Origin: Candidatus Firestoneibacteriota bacterium
GTDB taxonomy: Bacteria > Oederibacteriota > D2-FULL-39-29 > JBDRBU01
Assembly: GCA_043822305.1 (NCBI GenBank)
Contig: JBDRBU010000024.1
Coordinates: 1-25,632 of the forward strand
Reading direction: 5' to 3'
Length of the DNA stretch: 25,632 bases
Shown in pieces: positions 1 through 10,014 of this stretch. The notes under the pieces are model-generated. The model saw only the letters and a program-made list of their open reading frames with translations, searched no databases and was not told the DNA's origin. The translations under genes were made by a program, and so were the position numbers. Within the stretch, counting starts at the first letter, position 1, and each line of letters starts with the position of its first letter.

Positions 1-149
1 GACTTATTTCCATCTTTTCATTATAATTTATTTGTAGATTAAATATCATTAGGGTACTCCTTTCTTTTTAATTTTTATTGAGAGGGCCCTTTTGATTTAC
101 CACAATTTTTCATAAAAGTCAAAGATTTGATACACTATCCATAAACTTT

Positions 150-344
150 GCCAAGTCCCGAAAATATGTTCCAATAAAAAAGAAATCCTTTAAAAAAGTT
201 TATATTCCACCTAAAGATCATCCTTGGAGGAAATCATTTGCTAACTGGATTAAACTAAAAGAAGACAAAAAAGCTAAAATGATTGAAGAAGTTAAAAGAG
301 ATGTTGAAAGAAGACTCGGAGGTATGGTAAAATTCATTAACTGA
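150..344 (+). pseudogene. C-terminal fragment of an ISNCY/IS1202-like transposase
   Basis: Not in the ORF track. The frame is open from 96 to TGA 342-344 with no start codon ahead of the conserved part, and reads ...KKSFKKVYIPPKDHPWRKSFANWIK.... The PxxDHPWR tail is recognised as typical of these transposases, and an IS-end-like repeat follows directly. Confidence 0.6.
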
Positions 345-348
345 AAAC

Positions 349-397
349 TTAACATTTTGGCTTGGTAAAAGATTAACATTTTGGCTTGGTAACAACA
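349..397. mobile_element. Probable right terminal repeat of an ISNCY/IS1202-like element
   Basis: Two exact 20-bp copies TTAACATTTTGGCTTGGTAA at 349-368 and 373-392 (24-bp period), ending in CAACA. The reverse strand reads TGT-N11-AAAATGT. Confidence 0.55.
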
Positions 398-417
398 GAA
401 AAAGTTTTTTAAGTTTT

Positions 418-2886
418 TTAAATTCCCCACATTAATCCTATTCTTTTGATATTCATAGATTTTACTTGCACATCTGACAAATTCAATACTTTCTCTAATA
501 TCTTAAAAATATTTGTTGTAGAAACACTACTCAAATTTATGCTAATTTTGAGTTTATTATCTTTTAATTCTAACTTTTGTAAATTATCTACTTTATTACA
601 TAAATTTTCTAAAGTCACACGACCAACATCTGTTTCATATATTGCTGATGAAAAATGCATTTTTTCAAGAACTGGAATCTTCAATATTTCAAGAATTTCT
701 ATTCCAGCAGGGGATTCTCTTTGTAAAACTTCTTTAATATAATTTAAATCCTCATTCCTGTATAGTTCTATTTCAAAATACTCAGCCACACTACTAACTC
801 CAACCGGTAATGCCGGGCTAAATGAAATTTTTACATGAGGATTAAACCCAGAGGTAAACACTAAAGGCAACTTAGTTCTGGCTAACATTTTTTGAATAGT
901 ATTTACCATGTCCAAATGTGATATAAACTTTATTTCTTCTCCTTTTGAATACTTTATTCTGATTCTGCTTACTTTTTTATTTGTCCCGTCAGAGAAAAAG
1001 TTATCTGTTTTAGTCGGTGGTAAACTTAACCCACAGTCGATTATCTTCCCTGTATTCTGTTCAACTAATCCACATTTATCTTCCAGACCACAGTTCAAGC
1101 ATGTATTAGTTTTACAATTTAAACTAATCTCTCCTCTTTTTGCCTTCTCGTTTTCATTTATTAAAAATTCTTTTCTCACACCAATATCTATATGGCCCCA
1201 AGGAAGAACTTCATTGTAATCTCTTCTCCTGTTCGCATAAAACTTAGGGTCAATTTTACATTCTTCAAAAGAATCCTGCCAAGCCTTAAATTTAAAAACT
1301 TCACTCCAAGCATCAAATCTTGCTCCTTTTTCATATGCTTTACATATAACCTCTGATAATTTCCTGTCACCTCTGGCTAGAACACCTTCTAAAAAAGAGA
1401 GCTCAACGCTGTGCCACTTTAACCATTTTGATTTAATTTTTAGCCTTAACTTATCTATTTTATTTTTAAAATCTTCCATGCTTTCCTGGGATTCCCAACA
1501 AAAAGGCGTATGCGGTTTTGGTACAAAAAACGCGACACTGGTTGTTACACCTTTAAACCTTTTATTAGTTTCTCTCCCGATCTGATTAATTTTCTTAACA
1601 ACATCGACTAGACTTAAAACATCACTTTCTGTCTCGGTTGGAAGTCCTAACATAAAATATAGTTTTATACTATTCCACCCTGATTTAAAAGCAATCTGAC
1701 TAACATTTAATAATTCATCTTCGGTAATGATTTTGTTTATAACATTTCTTAATCTTTCAGTCCCGGCTTCTATGGCAAAGGTTAAAGTTGACTTTCGGAC
1801 AGCACTTAAAGCATCGGCTAATTCCAAAGAAAAAGCATCTATTCTGGAAGATGGTAATGTCCAAGAAACTTTTTTATCTTTAAATTCATTATTTAAACAC
1901 GACACAAGTAATTTTATTTCAGAATGGTCAGTAGAACTTAATGATGACAAAGAAATTTCGTCATAACCGGTATTTTTAATTAACTCTTTTCCAGCATTAA
2001 CTAAATCATTTACCTTTCTTTCTCTTAAAGGTCTGCTTGTCAATCCACTCATACAAAATCTACAACCATGGGTGCAACCTCTTAAAATTTCAAGATTTAT
2101 TCTATCTTGTACAACATTTATAAAAGGAACTATAACTCTCGTCGGAAACTTTGTTTTATTAAAATCTAATACAATTCTTTTCTTTATTCTTTCAGGAATG
2201 TTTGCCCTATTTGGAGCAATATTTTCGATAGTTCCATCAGAATTATAAGTAACATCGTAAAATTGTGGCACATAAATACCTTCTATTTTTGTTAACTCCT
2301 CCAGAAATTTGATTTTATCCCAGTTGTTCTTTTTCTTTTCCTTATATTTATCTATTATTTCATTAATCGCATCTTCACCTTCGCCTATTAAAAATGCATC
2401 AAAGAAATTAGATAGCGGTTCTGGATTATAGGCTACCGGTCCACCACCTATTATAATTGGAAAATCCTCTCCTCTGTCCCTTGCATAAAAAGGAATTCCA
2501 CCTAAATCCAATATCTGCAAAATATTAGTAAAGGTCATCTCATACTGTAAAGTAAAACCTATAATATCAAAATCCCTTATTGGCGTCCAGGTCTCTAAAG
2601 AACAAAGTGGAATCTTGCTTTTTTTTAGCATATTTTCCATATCAACCCAGGGTGAAAACACTCTTTCGGCTAAAGCATCATCGCGGCTATTTATTATCCA
2701 GTGTAGAATCTTAAAACCCAGATAAGACATTCCAATTTCATAAAGTTCTGGAAATGCCAGAAGCACTTTTACATCAATGGAATCATGTTTTTTTTCTATA
2801 GAATTAAACTCTTTACCTATATAACGAGATGGTTTAGATACAAAAGGAAGGATTTCTTTATATACTCTCTCTTTGATATTGTCCAT
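418..2886 (-). CDS. B12-binding radical SAM protein (TIGR03960-type) fused to a C-terminal radical SAM-linked domain (TIGR03936/DUF2344-type)
   Basis: KPSRYIGKE N-terminus, YEIGMS, CxxxCxxC (RGCTHGCRFC), and C-terminal KFISHLD...GFNPHVKISFSPALPVG. Start moved to ATG 2886, which lies beyond the rodA stop (ORF track start 2919 overlaps rodA). Confidence 0.9.
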   Translation of the reverse strand: MDNIKERVYKEILPFVSKPSRYIGKEFNSIEKKHDSIDVKVLLAFPELYEIGMSYLGFKILHWIINSRDDALAERVFSPWVDMENMLKKSKIPLCSLETWTPIRDFDIIGFTLQYEMTFTNILQILDLGGIPFYARDRGEDFPIIIGGGPVAYNPEPLSNFFDAFLIGEGEDAINEIIDKYKEKKKNNWDKIKFLEELTKIEGIYVPQFYDVTYNSDGTIENIAPNRANIPERIKKRIVLDFNKTKFPTRVIVPFINVVQDRINLEILRGCTHGCRFCMSGLTSRPLRERKVNDLVNAGKELIKNTGYDEISLSSLSSTDHSEIKLLVSCLNNEFKDKKVSWTLPSSRIDAFSLELADALSAVRKSTLTFAIEAGTERLRNVINKIITEDELLNVSQIAFKSGWNSIKLYFMLGLPTETESDVLSLVDVVKKINQIGRETNKRFKGVTTSVAFFVPKPHTPFCWESQESMEDFKNKIDKLRLKIKSKWLKWHSVELSFLEGVLARGDRKLSEVICKAYEKGARFDAWSEVFKFKAWQDSFEECKIDPKFYANRRRDYNEVLPWGHIDIGVRKEFLINENEKAKRGEISLNCKTNTCLNCGLEDKCGLVEQNTGKIIDCGLSLPPTKTDNFFSDGTNKKVSRIRIKYSKGEEIKFISHLDMVNTIQKMLARTKLPLVFTSGFNPHVKISFSPALPVGVSSVAEYFEIELYRNEDLNYIKEVLQRESPAGIEILEILKIPVLEKMHFSSAIYETDVGRVTLENLCNKVDNLQKLELKDNKLKISINLSSVSTTNIFKILEKVLNLSDVQVKSMNIKRIGLMWGI

Positions 2887-2896
2887 ATGATTTGAA

Positions 2897-4009
2897 TTAT
2901 CCGGAAAATTTTCCAACACTTGAATAATGAATATTCAGTAAAATTCCTATAAGAATCATGCTAAATAAGAGTGATGAACCACCATAACTTAGAAAGGGAA
3001 GTGGAACCCCAACTACGGGAAGTAATCCTAAAGTCATACCTATATTTACAAATATTTGAATAACAAACATAAAAACTATTCCTGTGGCTAAAACTTTTCC
3101 TGTTTTATCTTTAGCAAATATAGATATTTTAAGCCCCTCCATAGTAAATAAAAAATATAAAAACAAAATTAATAAAATACCAATTAATCCTAATTCTTCC
3201 CCAATAACAGAAAAAATAAAATCGGTATGATGTTCTGGTAAAAAATTTAACTGACTTTGTGTGCCTTTTAAAAGTCCTTTACCAAATAAACCTCCTGAAC
3301 CTATAGCTATCTTAGACTGAATAATACTATAACCACTACCAAGAGGGTCTAACTCTGGATTTATAAAATTCATCAATCTTTTCCTCTGATAGTCTTTTAA
3401 TAAATGCCAAAAAATCGGAGATATAGCTATTAAAGACAAAAAACTTACAACCAGATATTTAACTCGGACACCGGCAATAAGTAAAACAAAAAAAACTATA
3501 GGCACAAATATTAACGCTGTTCCCAAATCAGGCTGGATGACTATCAGGAAAAGTGGAACTGCTATTATTAAAAATGTTTTTAAAAGGCCCTTAAGGAGTT
3601 CTATTTTACCTTTATTATCTATAATAAATCTGGTTAAGGCTAATATTAAAACAATTTTACAAAACTCCGATGGTTGAAATGAAAAAGGACCTAAGTGGAA
3701 CCATCTTATACCACCAAATTTACTTTTACCTACTATAAGAAGTAAAAGCAACAAAAATAAAGTAAAAAAATATAATTTATATGCAAGTTCAATCCAAACA
3801 ACATAATTTACCAGGCTAACTAAATACATTAAAATAAAACCTATCAAAACCCATATAAATTGTCTTAAATAACTATTATGATAAAAATAACTATACTCAA
3901 CACTACTTGTAGCACTGTATATCATTAATAAACCAATAATATTGAGTAAAAAAACAGTTATTAATAAAATACGATTAAACTTTCTAATGTTATGCTTACT
4001 TCCTGGCAT
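2897..4009 (-). CDS. rodA: Rod shape-determining protein RodA (SEDS peptidoglycan glycosyltransferase)
   Basis: FQPSEF, QPDLGT, IAIGSGG, LPEHHTDFIF and PFLSYGGSS motifs; directly downstream of PBP2. Confidence 0.96.
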   Translation of the reverse strand: MPGSKHNIRKFNRILLITVFLLNIIGLLMIYSATSSVEYSYFYHNSYLRQFIWVLIGFILMYLVSLVNYVVWIELAYKLYFFTLFLLLLLLIVGKSKFGGIRWFHLGPFSFQPSEFCKIVLILALTRFIIDNKGKIELLKGLLKTFLIIAVPLFLIVIQPDLGTALIFVPIVFFVLLIAGVRVKYLVVSFLSLIAISPIFWHLLKDYQRKRLMNFINPELDPLGSGYSIIQSKIAIGSGGLFGKGLLKGTQSQLNFLPEHHTDFIFSVIGEELGLIGILLILFLYFLFTMEGLKISIFAKDKTGKVLATGIVFMFVIQIFVNIGMTLGLLPVVGVPLPFLSYGGSSLLFSMILIGILLNIHYSSVGKFSG

Positions 4010-5753
4010 ATCTCTCTTTTTTTAATTTATAATATGACTCTATAATGTTTTTAGTTATAGGAGCGGCAATTTCTCCTCCACTTCCTCCTCCTTCTAAAAA
4101 TACAATTACAGAAATCTCTGGATTACTGAACGGAGCAAATCCTATAAAAGAAGAGTGAGATGCTCCATGTGGGTTTTCTATTGTCGCCGTTTTTCCAGCA
4201 AGACTAAAATTTGATTTAGCCCTCCATCCTGTTCCACCACTCTTGTTAACTGACTCCCATAAGCCCTTTTTTACTATCTTTAAAGTATCTTCTCTTATTG
4301 ATACTACCCTTGAAATTTCCGGAACTACTTCTTTATCTCCTATGAACTTAACCAAATGAGGCTTATAGGAAACTCCATTATTTATTATTATATTGTAAAC
4401 ATTCAGCATTTGTATTGGTGTCGTAAGAAGAAATCCCTGTCCAATTGAAAGCTGAATAGTATTACCAGGCATCCAATGCTCATGAAACATTTTCTCTTTC
4501 CATTCTTTAGAAGGCACCAAACCCTTTTTTTCACCATCTAAATCAATACCCGTTTCTGCCCCTAATCCAAACAATTTAGAATATTCTGCTATCTTATCTA
4601 CCTTTACAAGTAAACCTGTCTGATAAAAAAAAATGTCACAAGAATAAGTAATGGCATCTATTATATTCAAACTCCCATGACCTTCCTTTTTCCAACAGTT
4701 ATAATTCCAGGTACTATACCAGTAAGTACCATGGCATAAAAATAAATCTTTTACATCTAATAAGTGCTCTTCTAAAACAGCCGAGGCTAAAATCACCTTA
4801 AAGGTAGAACCAGGGGAGTATAAACCAGTAATCGTTCTATTTAAAAACGGACTCTCTGAACTACTAACAAGATTATCCCAATTTGCTTTTTCCAACGGAT
4901 TACTAAACATATTTGGATTAAAAGAAGGCTTACTAACCATAGAATAAATTTCACCACTTCTTGGGTCCATGGCCACAATAACACCTTTTTTGCCTTTAAT
5001 TAAATCCTCGCATATTTTTTGCAATCTTAAGTCTAGAGTTAAAGTCAGATCAACTCCCTTGGCTGGCTCTTTTTTACCAACAACTTTTATTTCTTTCCCA
5101 ATCGAATTCACCATGATTTGAGTAGCCCCATTTAGACCACTTAAATATGAATCATATTTTTTCTCTAATCCAATTTTCCCTGTTAAATCACCAAAATAAT
5201 ATTTACCACCATTCGCTTCATCCAAACTAACTTCACCTACATAACCCAAAACATGAGAGGCCATCTCATTATTTATATAATTCCTCTTAGGTTCTGTATG
5301 GATAATAACACCCGGAAGATCTGTTTTATGTTCTTCTATTATTGAAACATCCTGAGAATTTAAGTTACCTTTAATTTTTATAGCTTCAAAGACTTTATAT
5401 TTTTGTCTTTCTAACTTCTCGCATATTTCTTCTTCTGTAATATCTAAAACTTCTGTCAATCTTTCTATAACTTTTTCTTTATTTTTCAAATCTGCAGGAA
5501 TTATTGATACCGTAAAGGATGGCATATTATCAACTACCTTTTCTTTATATCTATCGTAAATTATTCCTCTACATGCTCTTTCAGGAACCACTCTGGTACT
5601 GTTACTTTGTGCAATTTTTTTATACTTTTCTCCATCAATAACTTGCAAAATAATTACACGGATAACTAATATTAAAAATAAGATAATACTAAAAATTACA
5701 AGGAATTTAAACCTTTTTTCTTCTTCTTTATCTCGTAGCCGTTCGAATACCAT
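3996..5753 (-). CDS. mrdA: Penicillin-binding protein 2 (class B transpeptidase)
   Basis: N-terminal TM helix, RGIIYDR, GKIGLEKKYD, SxxK (PGSTFK), SCD and a KTA third motif; mre/rodA context. Confidence 0.95.
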   Translation of the reverse strand: MVFERLRDKEEEKRFKFLVIFSIILFLILVIRVIILQVIDGEKYKKIAQSNSTRVVPERACRGIIYDRYKEKVVDNMPSFTVSIIPADLKNKEKVIERLTEVLDITEEEICEKLERQKYKVFEAIKIKGNLNSQDVSIIEEHKTDLPGVIIHTEPKRNYINNEMASHVLGYVGEVSLDEANGGKYYFGDLTGKIGLEKKYDSYLSGLNGATQIMVNSIGKEIKVVGKKEPAKGVDLTLTLDLRLQKICEDLIKGKKGVIVAMDPRSGEIYSMVSKPSFNPNMFSNPLEKANWDNLVSSSESPFLNRTITGLYSPGSTFKVILASAVLEEHLLDVKDLFLCHGTYWYSTWNYNCWKKEGHGSLNIIDAITYSCDIFFYQTGLLVKVDKIAEYSKLFGLGAETGIDLDGEKKGLVPSKEWKEKMFHEHWMPGNTIQLSIGQGFLLTTPIQMLNVYNIIINNGVSYKPHLVKFIGDKEVVPEISRVVSIREDTLKIVKKGLWESVNKSGGTGWRAKSNFSLAGKTATIENPHGASHSSFIGFAPFSNPEISVIVFLEGGGSGGEIAAPITKNIIESYYKLKKERYARK

Positions 5754-5806
5754 AATATTTTTTTGATTTTGATATGATTTTGTTTCTTGTTTCTTCCTGT
5801 TTCTTT

Positions 5807-6709
5807 TTATTTCTTTAATGTTTTTTTTATTTTTACAACATCAAATGCTTTATTAATCCGGGCTAAAGCAATATCAATATTAAATTTTTCCCGTTCTTCG
5901 AGCTTAATTACCGGATAAAGCTCACTTTCAATTCTTGAGCGCATATCATCTATTTCTTTATCACTTCTTCCTAGGTTATGACAATATTTAGGCATCCCAT
6001 CCCAGGTAGATTCCTCTTTCGTTTTTAACTCAAATAATTTTAATACTTCCGGATCCGATATGTTAAATTTGTTTCTAATAAGATAATCTAAATCATAAAA
6101 ATCACGCGGAGCAATCATTTCTCTCCCAGCAGCAGCCCTTAGTTTTTCGGCAACAGATTCTTTTAAACTAAGACAATTAACCTCACCACCACTAAATAAC
6201 GACTCATTTGTAATCTGATTAGTAAAACAATGTACTACATTTCTATTTTCGGTTTTTAATAATGGATTAAAACGCAATCCAACTTCCAATTTTATGGTAC
6301 CTTTTGTACCCATAAATATAGAGTCATAATTTATCATAAATACATATTGTTTATTTTCATTGCGTCCTGGTTCCTTATCTTTATCCAATTTTAAACCAAT
6401 ATTTTCTAAATATTTTTCTATATTCTCTTTTATGGGTTTCATGGCCCGACTTCTCATCCCTCTTGTAATATTATTAGATGGTAATTTCATAGTAAAATCT
6501 AAATCTTCACTTAAACGGTAATAAGGGAAGTAAATTTTATTAAAGCAAGTACCGCCTTTAAATACAAGGTCATTATTAAAAATATTAATTTTTGATAATA
6601 ATAAAGTTAAATAGTAATCTTTTTCTAAAAAAATATCCCTAAAACCAGTCTTTGCTTGTACGCTACGTATTATCTCTTTAAATTTATCTTGATTATTATG
6701 CAACATCAA
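5807..6709 (-). CDS. AbiEii/AbiGii-family nucleotidyltransferase toxin (type IV TA)
   Basis: LEKDY, LVFKGGT, RLSEDLDF, AEKLRA and RDFYDL motifs; overlaps the upstream antitoxin gene. Confidence 0.92.
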   Translation of the reverse strand: MMLHNNQDKFKEIIRSVQAKTGFRDIFLEKDYYLTLLLSKINIFNNDLVFKGGTCFNKIYFPYYRLSEDLDFTMKLPSNNITRGMRSRAMKPIKENIEKYLENIGLKLDKDKEPGRNENKQYVFMINYDSIFMGTKGTIKLEVGLRFNPLLKTENRNVVHCFTNQITNESLFSGGEVNCLSLKESVAEKLRAAAGREMIAPRDFYDLDYLIRNKFNISDPEVLKLFELKTKEESTWDGMPKYCHNLGRSDKEIDDMRSRIESELYPVIKLEEREKFNIDIALARINKAFDVVKIKKTLKK

Positions 6710-7520
6710 TTATAACCCTCCATTTATTATTAATAGCACCCTTTCTGGATTGGCTACCAAATAAAGTAATTAACGAAGTATTTTTAATGCTTTCAATAAG
6801 TAGTTGAATCTTTGAATTGGGAACCTTTGCAAGATCAAGCACATAACCTATTCTTTTTCGTGTTGATTTAGATGGAAACATTACTGCATAATTAATGAAT
6901 TTATCCAAATCTATGCTATTATCTTCTATCTGCTCGCTAAGAACTTTAAAAGCAACTCTTAACCCACCAACAGGATCAGGAAAATAAAAAAGATCAACAA
7001 GTGTTCTCTCCTTATCGCTAAACAATACTTCTGTATTAAAAATATTTCTTTTCTCTAGACCATACATCCTGTTAGATGAAACTTTTATAAATTCAAAACA
7101 CATACCATCAATGTTCTTTTTACATTGATATGATGTATTAAGTACATAAGTTATCTGAGGTATTTGTTCTGTAAAACCGTATGTATTATACTCAGTGAAA
7201 TATCCAATATAATAATTTTTCTTTGGGAAGAATATTGGTGGAATAAGATTGTTACACATACCCCGACCATAAGGACCCGCCTCAAGCGGAGAATACCAAT
7301 ATACTCCTCTTTTAATTGGCCGCAAAATTCCTTTTTTTCTTAACTGATAAATAAGCTGAACATCTCCGTCTTGGCCAAAGTATTCTCTAAACTTTTCTAA
7401 AGTAATAATATCAGTATTCTCGTACGATAAACGAGCAATTACTTCTATCTCTCTTCCACCAATAGAAGATGGATATCCTTTTGGTAAATTATATTTTCTT
7501 TCCATTGTTATTTCTCTCAT
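6696..7520 (-). CDS. AbiEi-family antitoxin / transcriptional regulator (type IV TA)
   Basis: N-terminal wHTH (QLRKKGILRPIKRGVY), YGFTEQIP, SDKERTLVD and RKRIGYVL; directly upstream of AbiEii. Start may be ATG 7505. Confidence 0.88.
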   Translation of the reverse strand: MREITMERKYNLPKGYPSSIGGREIEVIARLSYENTDIITLEKFREYFGQDGDVQLIYQLRKKGILRPIKRGVYWYSPLEAGPYGRGMCNNLIPPIFFPKKNYYIGYFTEYNTYGFTEQIPQITYVLNTSYQCKKNIDGMCFEFIKVSSNRMYGLEKRNIFNTEVLFSDKERTLVDLFYFPDPVGGLRVAFKVLSEQIEDNSIDLDKFINYAVMFPSKSTRKRIGYVLDLAKVPNSKIQLLIESIKNTSLITLFGSQSRKGAINNKWRVIIDVA

Positions 7521-7567
7521 TGTATTATTATTTGTAATTATTTAATATTATTCTATTATCATAAATT

Positions 7568-7596
7568 ATTATACAATATTGTTTAATTCTTGTCAA
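7568..7596 (-). promoter_or_regulatory. Consensus sigma70 promoter for the AbiE pair
   Basis: TTGACA (7596-7591), 17 bp, TATAAT (7573-7568). A palindrome ACAATATTGT at 7573-7582 lies in the spacer. Confidence 0.8.
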
Positions 7597-7652
7597 GGAC
7601 TAAAATCATTTATTTTACCGAATCGGAATAATATAAGTGTTGTTTTTTGGTT

Positions 7653-8147
7653 TCAACATTTATGATTCCATAGCATCTTTTTTGAAATGTTAATTAAAAT
7701 TTTTTTAAGTAAAAGCAGGACACACAATAATAAACTGGTATATACTGCGGTAGGTAAGGTTATTGAGTATAACTCATTAAATATATTGATTTTTACATAG
7801 AAAAGACTCATAAGAATTAAAGAAGAAGCTCCATTTATCAAAACAACCAAAAACACAATGAGCATTTTAGAAAGAAGGCTATCACTAAATATCTGTTTTT
7901 TTAGCAAGGCGGCGAAGAAACCTGATAAGGTTTTTGTAAAAAGCCCAATCCCAAAAGTTCCAGATGAAAGGACATCCTGCAACAACCCTGCAAATATTCC
8001 TATCTTAATCCCATCGACAACATCATTCTTCAAGACGACTAAGACTACACCTATTAATATAAAATCGGGTGAAATATTAAATATTGAGATAAAAGAACTG
8101 CTTTGAAATAAAAAACAAACAAATATTACAATTAATCTAATTATCAT
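7653..8147 (-). CDS. mreD: Rod shape-determining protein MreD
   Basis: Hydrophobic 164 aa with PDFIL and GLLQD motifs; follows mreC. Confidence 0.9.
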   Translation of the reverse strand: MIIRLIVIFVCFLFQSSSFISIFNISPDFILIGVVLVVLKNDVVDGIKIGIFAGLLQDVLSSGTFGIGLFTKTLSGFFAALLKKQIFSDSLLSKMLIVFLVVLINGASSLILMSLFYVKINIFNELYSITLPTAVYTSLLLCVLLLLKKILINISKKMLWNHKC

Positions 8148-8963
8148 TTATTCCTTTACGACCACAAGTACTTCTTCTAATTTTAAAACATTTATCGCGG
8201 GTTTAATAACTATGTTTAAACTCATACTATCTAAAGATTCGGAAACATTCGTAATTTCCCCTATAACCAATCCCTTGGGGAATTTTCCCTCTCCTGAAGT
8301 AATAACCAAATCTCCCACTTTCACATCATCATTTATAGACAAGTATTTCATTTCACATATACGGCTGCCCTGACCCTTAACACTACCGATACATCTTGTC
8401 CTTTGGACAGCACCACTTAGACTACTATTGTAATCAGTGATTAATAAAACAGAAGAAGTTTCTGGCAAAACATTTACAACTTTCCCAACTACTCCGTTAT
8501 ATGTAATAACCGGCATATCTTTTTTTATTCCATCTTTTTCTCCAATATCTATATAGATTACACCAAAATAATTATTTACATCTCTTCCTACAATCATGGC
8601 TATTTTACTCTTAAAATTAATTTTCTTTTTATAATTTAATAAACTCTTAAGCCTTTCATTTTCTTTTACTATTTCCATTAACTCATTATTCTGATATATT
8701 AACATAGATAATTCTTTATTCAATCTTTCATTATCTTTTTTTATGTTAAAAAAATATACAAAACTTTGTAACGCATAACTTACTTTTTGGGATAACTTTA
8801 AGGTTAATTTTTGCCACGGGTAAATTATCTCGGAAATTAAAGAAGTCTGACCAAAGGAATGTTGCTCTTTGCCGGCAGAATAATACAAAATTAAAGTAAA
8901 AACCAAAAGCAAACAAATTAAAATTATGTATATTCTATATTTTAAAAAGAATTTTCGCCACAT
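8148..8963 (-). CDS. mreC: Rod shape-determining protein MreC
   Basis: TM helix plus coiled coil (ENERLKSLL), GVVGKV, GDLVITSG..FPKGLVIG. Confidence 0.95.
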   Translation of the reverse strand: MWRKFFLKYRIYIILICLLLVFTLILYYSAGKEQHSFGQTSLISEIIYPWQKLTLKLSQKVSYALQSFVYFFNIKKDNERLNKELSMLIYQNNELMEIVKENERLKSLLNYKKKINFKSKIAMIVGRDVNNYFGVIYIDIGEKDGIKKDMPVITYNGVVGKVVNVLPETSSVLLITDYNSSLSGAVQRTRCIGSVKGQGSRICEMKYLSINDDVKVGDLVITSGEGKFPKGLVIGEITNVSESLDSMSLNIVIKPAINVLKLEEVLVVVKE

Positions 8964-8969
8964 TTGTTT

Positions 8970-10013
8970 TTAAAGGTATTCTCTCTCGTAAACCGACACT
9001 TCTTCCAATAAACCGTCTTCTTGTTCTATTAATCTACCAACTCCTTTAACCACACAACTAATAGGGTCTTCAGATAAATTCACCGGCACACCTGTTTCAT
9101 ATCTAAGTCGCTCTGAAAATCCTTTTAGTAAAGAAGTACCTCCAGCAAGTATTATACCTCTATCCACAATATCAGCAGAAAGTTCGGGCGGGGTTTTTTC
9201 TAATGTCTCTTTTATTGCTTCTATTATTCGAGCAATTGGTTCTTTTATTGCTTCTCTAACTTCCTCAGAATCAATCTCTACTGTTCGAGGAAGTCCTGTA
9301 ACTAAATCTCTTCCTCTCACATTCATTTTTAATTCTTCTTTTAAAGGGAAGGCTGAACCTATCTCTATTTTTATGTCCTCTGATGTTCTTTCACCTATTA
9401 ATATGTTATAAGCACTCTTTAACTGTTGTACTATAGCTTCGTTCAACTCATCTCCACCAACTCTTATAGAGGTATTACATACCATATCTTTTAATGAAAT
9501 AACCGCTATTTCTGTTGTCCCTCCACCAATATCGGCTATCATATTCCCAGTAGGAGTTTCTATAGGAAGCCCGGCTCCAATAGCCGCCGCCATTGGTTCT
9601 TCTACAAGATAAACACTTCTTGCGCCTGCTTGTTCTGCGGAATCTCTCACAGCTCTTTTCTCAACTTCAGTTACACCTGATGGAATCCCTATGACAATTC
9701 TTGGTCTAACTGGAGTTCTTTTATTGTGAACTTTTGTTATAAAGTATTTTAACATTTTCTCTGTAACCTCAAAATCGGCTATAACACCATCTCTCATAGG
9801 TCTTATGGCTAATATACTGGCCGGTGTTCTTCCAAGCATCTTCCTCGCCTCTTTACCTACGGCTACTATTTCACTGGTATCTCTTCTTAACGCGACTAAA
9901 GAAGGTTCATTTAAAACTATTCCTTTACCTTTCACCCAAACAAGAGTAGTCGCGGTTCCTAAATCTATAGCCATATCATTAGAAAACATTCCAAATATAA
10001 AATCTAATATCAT
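8970..10013 (-). CDS. mreB: Actin-like rod shape-determining protein MreB
   Basis: [25 protein letters not shown] and PPELSADI motifs. Confidence 0.98.
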   Translation of the reverse strand: MILDFIFGMFSNDMAIDLGTATTLVWVKGKGIVLNEPSLVALRRDTSEIVAVGKEARKMLGRTPASILAIRPMRDGVIADFEVTEKMLKYFITKVHNKRTPVRPRIVIGIPSGVTEVEKRAVRDSAEQAGARSVYLVEEPMAAAIGAGLPIETPTGNMIADIGGGTTEIAVISLKDMVCNTSIRVGGDELNEAIVQQLKSAYNILIGERTSEDIKIEIGSAFPLKEELKMNVRGRDLVTGLPRTVEIDSEEVREAIKEPIARIIEAIKETLEKTPPELSADIVDRGIILAGGTSLLKGFSERLRYETGVPVNLSEDPISCVVKGVGRLIEQEDGLLEEVSVYEREYL

Positions 10014-10014
10014 A

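Noticed and set aside
1..63. AAAGGAG followed by ATG 49 on the minus strand (15-codon ORF), or ATG 13 running off the edge
   Set aside because: Too short or truncated to support a call.
218..430. 70-aa minus-strand ORF with a repeated YQAKML
   Set aside because: It is the antisense reading of the IS terminal repeat and transposase fragment.
1011..1043. Loose palindrome in the linker of the radical SAM fusion
   Set aside because: Too many mismatches and no second copy in the window.
446..1966. Short ORFs 446..742, 908..1219, 1188..1370 and 1727..1966
   Set aside because: Shadows within the radical SAM gene with no motifs. The same applies to 7858, 9805, 12385, 14625, 15491, 18306, 18925, 21820 and 24883.
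5754..5806. Short GAAACA and CAAAATC repeats as a possible att site or target duplication of the AbiE cassette
   Set aside because: Low complexity, with no convincing matching copy at 7600-7652.
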